Shown in pieces: positions 19,734 to 28,973 of a DNA stretch of 35,083 bases (position 1 is its first letter; each line of letters opens with the position of its first letter). The position numbers and the translations under genes are program-made. Source of the stretch: Craspedostauros australis (taxonomy: Eukaryota). The notes beneath the pieces were generated by a model. It worked only from the letters and a program-made list of their open reading frames with translations. It was not told where the DNA came from and made no database searches. Location: assembly GCA_030167865.1 (NCBI GenBank), contig JALAGF010001425.1, positions 1 to 35,083 of the forward strand. Reading direction: 5' to 3'.

Positions 19734-21230
19734 ATGAACGCACGCCGTGTTGGCAGGGCCCAAGGCGGCAGGCACCGCATTGTGGGGGCGCAACCCGTCG
19801 CGATCTTGCCGCCTACGCATGTATCGCCATGGCCACGCCGGATTCGTGGGGAGTTTGGAACGGCGGACTTCGATAAATCTGTGGCGGCGTGCTTGGAGGA
19901 AGTCGATTTGGTGGAGCTTCACTTCAGTGAATTGGATCTCACTCATGGCGACACCATCGAGGTCCTGCAAGCGCTGGTCATGTCTCGCAAATGGAAATCC
20001 ATCACCATACAAGCATGTCGGCTAACAAATGACGACAATGACGACGATAGCGACGCCAGCGAGGATAATGGCAATGCCAGCGGCAGTGGTACGGAGACAG
20101 ATGCAAACACCAATGCAAGCGCAGGCTTGAATGCGAGCGCTGCCCCCTCACAAGCTTCTAATGCCGCCAGCTCAGGTGACGCAGCCGGAAGTGACGCCCA
20201 TGACACAACCATGGCTGATACACACGATGGCGGCACAACAGAACGAGCACCTACGTCCGCATCCGCACAATCTGAAGGCAGAGCCGCGAGAGCAGCACCT
20301 GCGGCGGGAACAACAGACGCATCCTCGACCAATCCGCAACCAGCATCAACCACAAGAAGGCGAAGGCGAAGGCAACGCCCCAGGCCCAACAATCCGCTGT
20401 TAATGGCCGTGCTATGCCAGACCAGACGCCTATTAATTCAGGATCAAGAAGAGCTTCCGGATGTTGTTGCCCGACTTTTGGGGAAAATGCTGCAATCGAC
20501 CAGATGCTGGATACACACGTTGTCGTTCCATACCGCCGGCTTTTCGTTGGCGGCTGCTCAGTCCATGGGCGTCGGCATACGGGGCAGCTCGAGATTGCGC
20601 GCATTGGGGCTGACGAAGGTCTATTTTACACCTGAGACCCTTTCAGCGTTGCTGCTACCGGCAACCATCTCACCGACGACGGTCGTATCCAACTCATCCC
20701 TCACAGCCGACGCAGCTAGCATGGAAGGGACACCGAATGCTAAGCGGTCTCATCTCCCGATGGGCGCAGCAGGACGATCCACGAGCCTCCGGGGGCTGTT
20801 CTTTCGGGATTGCTTGTTCGACATCTCTCACATCAAAGTCATATCCAAATCACTGGAGTACCACTACATGCTGCACCAGTTCTGGCTGAACGGTGAACAG
20901 GACTTCGGACCGGACGGTGCCGACCTGCTCGTGTCGACCATCGAACAACATTTCGAATTGGAGCACGTCGACCTACCCCGCTATATCATGTCCCCGGCAA
21001 CCTCCGAGCGATTACGCCAGTCATTGGAGCTCAATCGAGGTGGTCGTCGGCTTCTCCGGCGATCTCCCAACGAGGAATCATTGCTGTGTTTGTGGCCGAC
21101 AGTCTTGGAACGCGCGTTCCGCATACGCGGTCTGAGCGACGTAAGCCGTGCGAGCATCGTGTATATGCTCGTCAAGGAAGTGCTTGGGACCTCCCAATCT
21201 GGCGCCGATGAACGCAAGACGGAACGCTAG
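19734..21230 (+). CDS. Divergent RNI-like LRR protein, paralog 3, 498 aa, with a low-complexity insertion
   Basis: Degenerate LRR units LRALGLTKV and LRGLFFRDC. Cap LELNRGGRRLL..CLWPTVLERA..SIVYMLVKE. The N-terminal RKWKSITIQAC is shared with the paralogs. Confidence 0.8.
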   Translation: MNARRVGRAQGGRHRIVGAQPVAILPPTHVSPWPRRIRGEFGTADFDKSVAACLEEVDLVELHFSELDLTHGDTIEVLQALVMSRKWKSITIQACRLTNDDNDDDSDASEDNGNASGSGTETDANTNASAGLNASAAPSQASNAASSGDAAGSDAHDTTMADTHDGGTTERAPTSASAQSEGRAARAAPAAGTTDASSTNPQPASTTRRRRRRQRPRPNNPLLMAVLCQTRRLLIQDQEELPDVVARLLGKMLQSTRCWIHTLSFHTAGFSLAAAQSMGVGIRGSSRLRALGLTKVYFTPETLSALLLPATISPTTVVSNSSLTADAASMEGTPNAKRSHLPMGAAGRSTSLRGLFFRDCLFDISHIKVISKSLEYHYMLHQFWLNGEQDFGPDGADLLVSTIEQHFELEHVDLPRYIMSPATSERLRQSLELNRGGRRLLRRSPNEESLLCLWPTVLERAFRIRGLSDVSRASIVYMLVKEVLGTSQSGADERKTER

Positions 21231-21471
21231 AACGTAGTGGCATGCATGGGGCGACAGAACTACTCACACTCTCGCAAGGATGGATGCTCATACTCATGCA
21301 CAGTACAGCTATCGTCGTCGTATCCGAAAGGGACGGAGAGACAATACGCGCCAAGCAACGTACATAGTAGTCTACTGTTCAATTATATTCACTTCAATCC
21401 AACTGTCCAAAGCATGCCATAATCCATGCTAACGAGTACGGACACCATCTATCCAGAGAGAGCATGCTCAC

Positions 21472-21519
21472 GACCAAACGGATGACCAAACGGAGGACCA
21501 AACGGATGAACAAACGGAG
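21472..21519. repeat. Minisatellite, 4 x 12 bp (GACCAAACGGAT/G)
   Basis: gaccaaacggat gaccaaacggag gaccaaacggat gaacaaacggag. Confidence 0.85.
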
Positions 21520-23804
21520 GAAGCGCAGAAGCAAGCCCGCAAGTCCGTGCGCGATGATGCGACATTGCGCTTTGTACCGTCAAGAGTTCCGTCGCACTTG
21601 TGCTAGTACGACGAGTAGCAATTACAGGAGATTATCCCGAAGTGGACATGTCACATGCTTTGCCCTCTTGCGCGATAGTCCTGGACGAGGACTGAAGATT
21701 TTCTGATTGTTTCTCTCTGTACGACTACGGTAGGAGCTACGAGTAGAGAGAGAGATCCACATGGAATCGCATTATATCGTCTAATACTAATACTTGAGTC
21801 GATTAGGCTATACTCTGCATAGAGAGAGAGAGAGAGAGAGAGTACTCTAGTATGGTGCCTGCGTGCATGCGCAACTCCTTCAATCGATCAGATCTGCCCA
21901 CGAATGCGGAGGTTGGGCATGGAACCGTCTGTGGGTTAATTGAAGAACCTGATAAACATCTCTCATCAGCGTTGCGCTTCGCGAGTACGAGTACGAGTAT
22001 TATGATGGCGTTTGTGGAGGCTTGAGAGTGTTGCATTCGCACGAGCTATCTTTGCTCGCCAACGTGGCAACATGCCAGCATGCCAATCTGTCTTCTCGCA
22101 GCGACGACAGGTACCGACTAACGGAAGACGATTCGCAAGATCCAGATTTACCTCGTCTGTGTCGAACGCTGATCATCTCTCCAGACTCTAGTGTCACACA
22201 GATGATCCATCGCTGATGACGAAAACGGGGAGATGGTGGAACCTCGTTAGCCCGCAGACGAGATTTGTCCTCTGAAGGAAGGACGATTCAGCAGCTGCAC
22301 CAAAATACGACCACAAATCCACGTGCGAGTGGAAACACACTTAAGGCTAAACCACGTGTGCGAGCCATGCACATTCGATGAAATGGAACCGCACGGGAGG
22401 CGTATGTGGCATCTTGAGTCCGCGATGGTGTCGACTGCCTATGGTAATGCCAACCAAAACGATTCTGCCTGTGCGCTCCTTCAGAATATGTATGACGTGT
22501 GCAGAACGGCAAGAGTTTGCAGCATCACCCAGCGATCGTCGCATCCTAACAGGATCTCCACCAAAGTGCTCGGTGTTTCATTCTTGCACCGAGGAGTTGG
22601 GGGTTCGTGCTTCTTTCCAAGTGGCAAGGCCCACTCTTCTGACTCAGTTCCAATTCCGAGAACAGAAGGCAGCTGCTAACGAATGGATCAATCTGAATGG
22701 CTCGCACACTGCACTGCACTCCACCCATGAGGTGTCATTCCAAATTGATGGAAGCGTCGGCTGTGGATATGCTGCATGAATGAATTGCTTGAGTTGAATG
22801 CGGAATCGTCTGCAAGCGCCAACCAGAGCCGTCGATACATTGCACTTTTTCTCGAGAGTGGCCACTCCTTTTGTGATGTGTGTGCGTGTGTGTGTGCGTG
22901 TTGGTCCATTTTGTATGGAGTCAACAGACTTATGAAGTGATGGAGAGCAAACCAGACTAGGCTGCAGAGAATTCTAGAGCAGAGTTTTTGATGTCGAGAC
23001 CTTGTCACACAGACGTCACGTGGACGTCCGAACTACTTGTCACTCACGACTGTTTTTCGTGTTTCTGTTTGAATCTACATCTGAAATACTGCATTTTCAC
23101 GCTTCTCGAAGGGAATTCACATTTCTTGTTGCTTTCGACGACACGTGCCTGAGGGTGGATTGGTCCATTTTGCGTGACGAATCTCGACCGTGGTTCCATC
23201 TTTGTGACGCAAGCGACGACGTGTCTGTCCAGCCGAGAGATGCGAAATTGGACAAATTAGGGACCAGCTGGTCACAAAGAGGCTTCTTCACTCTTGCGTT
23301 CCTTGACAAAAAGAAGTGGCGCCGACTTGAGCCGGTCTGCGCGCCATGAGAACCCCCCACGATCGAAAACAACGAAACCACAAACGGCATTCCGGAACGG
23401 AAGGGGAAAACGACAAACACGCCGTCGATGATTTGTGACTGCGACACGAGACGACCGTGGTGAGCGCGAAGCTGTTGGGAACAGTCCCACGCAATCGTGG
23501 GAATAATCGTATGCGACAGCAAGAGAGTATCACCCATCATTCACCATCCATTGGAGTCACAATCACAATTCAGCACAACCACAACCACAATCACAATCAC
23601 AATCACAGAGCAACAACCAGATCATTGGACCTCACTCGTTGCGCATCCGGATGCAAACAAAGAGTTCACACTGCAGCATCGCTCGCTCACACATCACAAC
23701 CACAATCGCAGTCACAACCACGATCGCAGTCGCAGTCGCAACCGCACAAACCGAATCTTTCCGGACCAACAGCCCCGTGTTTCATCGCGCAATCCGGTTT
23801 CGCC

Positions 23805-26345
23805 ATGTCCAGCAATGACACAAAATCAACCCAAGGACGTTCCCATCAACTCGTCCACACCAGCGGCGACGACGACCAACCTGCGGCATTGGATCAGCCA
23901 TCATCAGCATCAGCACCATCAGCACCATCATCAGTATTGTCATCGTCGGCACCAACAAACCCTTCCAACGCATTGAATACGGGAGAAACGACGATGGAAC
24001 CACCCTCGAATCTCACGGACTCCAGCGTCGCCGATCGACGACGGCGGAATTCTTCGTCGCGCACCTGTCAACACGCTTCTGAGCACGACTCACAGACGCC
24101 CCTCAGTAATGACCAATCGCGAATGCCAACTTCGGGCTGCCTGCCTTCGAAGTGGTCAGCTTCGTTGTTTCCAACCAAACCAAATCTGTTGCAAGCCGCC
24201 GACAACGATCTCAGTGGAAACGACGAATCTTGGAATGGCGACGACTATGACTTGGACGGCCACTTTGGCGACTATGGCGACGACAACGACGATGATGGAT
24301 GGGACTTGTCAGCTCCATCAGCGCAACAGACAAAGTCCAACCTGAATGCACCTCCCTCGTCCGTGCCGAACTTGTTCTGCATGAAGCACGGCGAGAACCA
24401 CTGCACACAATCCAAGCGGGGCAATCGCAGCAATTGCGGCGCCACCAAAAGCATCAATGGTCAGAACCGCTCGCTGTTCTCATCATGTGCTGCAAACTCG
24501 GGGAAAATATGGCATAGGTATCGAACATCACCCTCCTCCACATCGGCATCCGCTACGGCAGCTTCAGCTTCATCAATCGCCACGTTGTCCGCGGATTCTG
24601 TGTCCAGCAACACTTCGCGGACAGGCTGCGTCGCAGCGGCACCGTCGAAGACAGTCTCATGGGCCAACCTCCTCGAGAATGAGCTGGTCTACACCGATGA
24701 CGAACTTCACATGCCTGATGGAGACCAACCGACGGAGGCAAGCGCGTTGGATCCACCACACCTCAACGCTCCGCGCAACTACTACATCGTCACCACAGCG
24801 GCCCTGCCGTGGATGACAGGCACGGCCGTCAATCCATTGCTCAGGGCCGCTTACCTCAGCCGATCCACTCGCTCGCATTTCTCGGATGACGACGGCCGCA
24901 ACAATGAACCCACCGTCACGCTGGTCCTGCCTTGGTTGGAATCGCCGCAAGATCGTGTGCAGCTGTACGGTGAGGAATGGCGAGATGCCACGCCCGCCCA
25001 TCAGGAGGCCTACATCCGCCGTTGGTTGTCCGACTCCGCGCAAATGCCGCTGGAAGCGGATCCGTCCAGAGGTGGCATCGAGATCGAATGGTACGAGGCC
25101 AAGTACCATTCCGCGCTGTCCAGCATCTTTGCCATGGGCGATCTCTGCCAGCGTGTCCCCGCCGAGGACGCGAACAAGAAGCGCAACACAATTTGCATCC
25201 TCGAGGAGCCCGAGCACGTCAACTTTTACCGCTCCCCCGGACGCCTTTCATGGCGCGACAAGTTTCATCACGTCATTGGAATCGTCCACACCAACTACAA
25301 GGCATACGCGCGCAACCACTGCTCTGGTCTTGTCATGGGGCCCTTCATCGGGGCCGTTTCCACGGACATGGTACGTGCCTACTGCGACAAGGTCATCAAG
25401 CTCTCTCCCGTCCTGCAACGCTACGCGCCGGAGAAAGAAATCGTGTGCAACGTGCATGGCATTCGAAACGAGTTCTTCCAAAAGGAACGGCCCACCGGGA
25501 ACAAGATATACTTCGTGGGCAACCTGCTGTGGGCCAAGGGACTTGACAAAATGCTCGGCTTGCAGATGTTCTACAAGCGCAAAACGGGAGCCTACTTCCC
25601 CATCGACGTCTTTGGCGGCGGTCCTGACGAGGAGGAAATCAGGAAGGCGTTCTTGAACCCTCATCTCAAGTGCGATGGCGGTGGGTATTCCGGGTCTCCG
25701 AAGGACTCGCAGCATGCCGCACGTGCAATGGACACAGGGAAGAACGATGGTTCTCCCACCGTCATGGCCACATCATCTTTGAGACTGTGGTTCTCGGCGG
25801 CATCCTCGCCACTGCGCCAGCATCCGCCGATTCCGGCCACGTTCTGCGGACGCAAGGACCATGCTGCCGTTGGTTCCGACTACAAGATCTTTGTCAACCC
25901 CTCCATCACGGAAGTCCTCTGCACCACCACAGCCGAGAGCATCGCCATGGGCAAATGGGTCATTATCCCCAAGCACGCGTCCAACGAATTCTTCCTCCAA
26001 TTCCCGAACTGCCTGCAGTACTCCACGAAACAGGAATTCGTCGAGGCCTTGCACCACGCACTGCAGCATCCAACACCGCTCCAACAGGATGAGCTCCTGC
26101 GACCCCTCACGTGGGAAGCCGCGACGCAACGATTCTTGGAGGTCGGCTGCATTGCCAAGCGCGATGCGAGACGCCGCGGTCGCATCGGATTCAGGCTTGA
26201 CGAGACCATGCATTACACGCTGGGACACGGGCGGCGCGGGGACGTGATTCGCAAGGTGCTGGGTGGCGGACCGGTCGCCAATCAGCACAAGTACGAGACG
26301 TCGGATGTACCGAGCGACGTCATCGTGGTGCCAAGTCAGTGTTGA
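23805..26345 (+). CDS. DGD: Digalactosyldiacylglycerol synthase (GT4) with a long S-rich N-terminal extension
   Basis: DGD motifs IVTTAALPWMTGTAVNPLLRAAYL, ILEEPEH, VIGIVHTNY, YCDKVIKLS, CNVHG and YKIFVNPSITEVLCTTTAE..AMGKWV..PKHASNEFF.QFPNC. The start is taken as GCC-ATG at 23805; the frame is open from 23457, with an alternative ATG at 23511. Confidence 0.92.
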   Translation: MSSNDTKSTQGRSHQLVHTSGDDDQPAALDQPSSASAPSAPSSVLSSSAPTNPSNALNTGETTMEPPSNLTDSSVADRRRRNSSSRTCQHASEHDSQTPLSNDQSRMPTSGCLPSKWSASLFPTKPNLLQAADNDLSGNDESWNGDDYDLDGHFGDYGDDNDDDGWDLSAPSAQQTKSNLNAPPSSVPNLFCMKHGENHCTQSKRGNRSNCGATKSINGQNRSLFSSCAANSGKIWHRYRTSPSSTSASATAASASSIATLSADSVSSNTSRTGCVAAAPSKTVSWANLLENELVYTDDELHMPDGDQPTEASALDPPHLNAPRNYYIVTTAALPWMTGTAVNPLLRAAYLSRSTRSHFSDDDGRNNEPTVTLVLPWLESPQDRVQLYGEEWRDATPAHQEAYIRRWLSDSAQMPLEADPSRGGIEIEWYEAKYHSALSSIFAMGDLCQRVPAEDANKKRNTICILEEPEHVNFYRSPGRLSWRDKFHHVIGIVHTNYKAYARNHCSGLVMGPFIGAVSTDMVRAYCDKVIKLSPVLQRYAPEKEIVCNVHGIRNEFFQKERPTGNKIYFVGNLLWAKGLDKMLGLQMFYKRKTGAYFPIDVFGGGPDEEEIRKAFLNPHLKCDGGGYSGSPKDSQHAARAMDTGKNDGSPTVMATSSLRLWFSAASSPLRQHPPIPATFCGRKDHAAVGSDYKIFVNPSITEVLCTTTAESIAMGKWVIIPKHASNEFFLQFPNCLQYSTKQEFVEALHHALQHPTPLQQDELLRPLTWEAATQRFLEVGCIAKRDARRRGRIGFRLDETMHYTLGHGRRGDVIRKVLGGGPVANQHKYETSDVPSDVIVVPSQC

Positions 26346-26564
26346 AGATAGAACATGGATGGTACCGTCCGAGCACAGTGCGCTCGTATGGCACCAAAAC
26401 TGGAACCGTACAGCATACACTTCATCATTTCATTGCATAACAGCGAATTTAGAATAGAACCAAACCTCATTTAAAGTGCTCTAGTGTTATGGCATCTGTA
26501 TGTCCGTCCTCCACACCCACAAGTACTGGTCGTCATGAACGCCTCGTCCATTACCTCTGCCCGT

Positions 26565-28349
26565 TCATTTTGGCAGTACCATCTCCGCATGCGCATGGAT
26601 GCCATCGGGCAAGGACACCGTGGGGATCTTCGTCAGCAGATGCAGAAATGCGGGCGTATCCTTGGTCAAATCCGTCGGTGTCCAGGAATTGAGATCGCCC
26701 GGCAGCTGATGCTTGCGTAGATCCTTCCACGCACATTCCCTCCACGTCACATCGCGGTACAGCTTATGCTGCGCGAAGGCCACCAGCGTCCGACATTCCC
26801 GCACGCGCACGAGCACATGGTCGATGCGACAAAACAGCTTGCTGAGCACGTAGATGCAGGTCGGCATGACGCGCATCTTGACCGTCATCTGGACCTCGCC
26901 ATTGTCGTGCAGATCGTCCTCGTACAGCACGATGTCATCGAACAGAAGGATGGGCACCGATTGATCGGTCAGGAGGTGGACGGGCATGCCGGATTGTGGC
27001 AGGGATGTCCACTGCGCGCCAAAGAGCTTGCCACAAAAGGGCGTGCTGAAGGACCAGTCGTAATGGAAGATGGCGGATGTTTTGGAAATGGCGGTCGTCG
27101 TCGCTCGTTGCGTCGCCAGCGGTTGCGTTTTGTTCTGCCACAGCTTGGCGTCCGAGACCTTGAGGACGGAAACGCCGCGGAAGGAGGCGGGGCTGGACTT
27201 CTCACCGTCCTCATCGTTTGGAATGGGAATGGCCTGATGAGCCTCACCCCATTCCTTGAGGGCGTCCATGGCATCCCACGAAATGAAGAAGTCGCCCTTC
27301 GTGCGTTCTAACGCCACGTGGGCTGCTGGGAAGACCATCTCAGGCAATCCGATGCGTCGCGTGATTGGGCTCTCAGCGCTTTGTGCGACGGATTGCAGAG
27401 GCTGGTGCTGAGACAAGGCCTCCAGGTCATTCGTGGCCTGCTCGAACCATCCCTCGCGTCCGATGGGACCCTGCGAAGTGCCGATGTCCCAACCGTGGAT
27501 GGAGATCCCGACCAGCTGATGATCCCACAACAGCGGCTTGGCATGGAACTGCTCTAACCGCTCGGAGATGTGACGCCGCTTGGACGCGATGTTGGTCTGT
27601 CGCCACGATGACATGGGTCGTTGGTACTCTGGCTTAGCCGCGGCTTGATTCTGGGACTTGGGCATCTTCAGATCGGCTTGGTCCGCAAGAATCACGTTCT
27701 CCAACTTCGCCACAGCAGCAGCCATTTCCTGATTCTGCCTGTTGTCCTCGTTGGCATTGCTGTTGCTGTTACTATTGCTGTTCATACTATTGCTGTTCAT
27801 ACTATTGGTATTGTCATTGGTATTGTCATTGCGACCGCTGCCTTTGTTCATCGACTTTCCCATCTTGGCTGGCCCCTGGCCTTCGATGTAACATTCGTGA
27901 ATGTGCAGCAACGTGGTTGTGGCCGCGGCGGACGCTATCGAGCCTGCTTGTCGATCGTGCTGAATCCACGCCGTGACCTTCCTCGCCGTGATCTCCTCTC
28001 CGCTCACGTCGTTGATGCAGCGGCATTGCCAAACCTCCACGACGGCCAGGATGAGGCTCCGGTGATCGGTCACGTCGTGCTGCTGCAGGATCTGCAAATT
28101 CCTCAATTCCACGTCGAACGTGGACCATGACGCTCCACACCCGTACGTCCAATGACCCACCAACCACGCATCCCCCCTCCACAGCTTGCCGCGGCCATCC
28201 AGCAAAGTGAACGTGCGCGGTGCCACCTGCTCGTTCCATTGCTTCTTGAGCGCGTGGAATTCGTGCAGACCGCGGATCCAACGCACGCCGACTTCGTAGA
28301 ATGCGCCGAGGCATTCCGTCGCCGCGAGCTTGGGGTCCTGTCGTGTCAT
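26565..28349 (-). CDS. TIP41: TIP41/TIPRL (PP2A-family phosphatase regulator, TOR pathway) with an extra N-terminal NTF2/SnoaL-like domain, 594 aa
   Basis: TIP41 motifs LPEMVF, YDWSFSTPF and PILLFDDIVLYEDDLHDNG...VKMRVMP...FCRIDHVLVRVRECR. The N-terminal ~155 aa are globular and separated by an Asn/Ser linker. Confidence 0.88.
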   Translation of the reverse strand: MTRQDPKLAATECLGAFYEVGVRWIRGLHEFHALKKQWNEQVAPRTFTLLDGRGKLWRGDAWLVGHWTYGCGASWSTFDVELRNLQILQQHDVTDHRSLILAVVEVWQCRCINDVSGEEITARKVTAWIQHDRQAGSIASAAATTTLLHIHECYIEGQGPAKMGKSMNKGSGRNDNTNDNTNSMNSNSMNSNSNSNSNANEDNRQNQEMAAAVAKLENVILADQADLKMPKSQNQAAAKPEYQRPMSSWRQTNIASKRRHISERLEQFHAKPLLWDHQLVGISIHGWDIGTSQGPIGREGWFEQATNDLEALSQHQPLQSVAQSAESPITRRIGLPEMVFPAAHVALERTKGDFFISWDAMDALKEWGEAHQAIPIPNDEDGEKSSPASFRGVSVLKVSDAKLWQNKTQPLATQRATTTAISKTSAIFHYDWSFSTPFCGKLFGAQWTSLPQSGMPVHLLTDQSVPILLFDDIVLYEDDLHDNGEVQMTVKMRVMPTCIYVLSKLFCRIDHVLVRVRECRTLVAFAQHKLYRDVTWRECAWKDLRKHQLPGDLNSWTPTDLTKDTPAFLHLLTKIPTVSLPDGIHAHAEMVLPK

Positions 28350-28452
28350 CCTTCGAGGCGAGGGCTACTCGCAGTTTGTATTATACTCAAGTCTATGTGT
28401 ATTTTAGGGACGGTGGTGGCAGTGCAATCGATGATTGACCCAATGTCTATGG

Positions 28453-28523
28453 GCACAATGATGATATTACCTGCACAATGATGATGATGATGATATGCAC
28501 AATGATGATATGCACAATGATGA
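28453..28523. repeat. Four copies of GCACAATGATGA in the divergent TIP41/PPR intergenic region
   Basis: gcacaatgatgatattacct gcacaatgatgatgatgatgatat gcacaatgatgatat gcacaatgatga. Confidence 0.8.
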
Positions 28524-28973
28524 GGATGCGTTCACGTTTGTGCGGGTGGGGTGAAGTCACACATGGTTGTGGGTGGTGGTGGCGGGAGATGCGTTTGGTG
28601 TCACATGAAAACCAAGTTGTCGATTTGCCGGGTTTCCTACTCAAGACTCACTACTCACGACTAAAATTATTTTCTATTTTTCTCGTTGGGAACAAATAGG
28701 AAAGAGCTAGGGTTATCACATCAATGAGTTGCGATTGCTGACCATTGATCTCTCTGTGTCCTCTTTCGAGCTGGTGCTGACGTTCTTTCCCAATGCCCAC
28801 CCATCGACATCCCACCATCCGTACTCGTCAAAAGCCTCCGCATCACACCAGCATAAGCACCATACGACTACTCGTGACATACAATACCAAACGATAGAAT
28901 ACTCGTACTGGCACAATCCAGCCCAACCTTGATCTCTGCGATCTGCACGCAAGAAGCAGGCGGACTCGTTGCA

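Noticed and set aside
11493-21230. Full NLR immune receptors
   Set aside because: No NACHT/NB-ARC Walker A motif or effector domain is visible; these are LRR-only proteins.
21472-21519. Short direct repeats as a possible CRISPR array
   Set aside because: The 12-bp units are contiguous with no spacers, no cas genes are present, and the context is eukaryotic.
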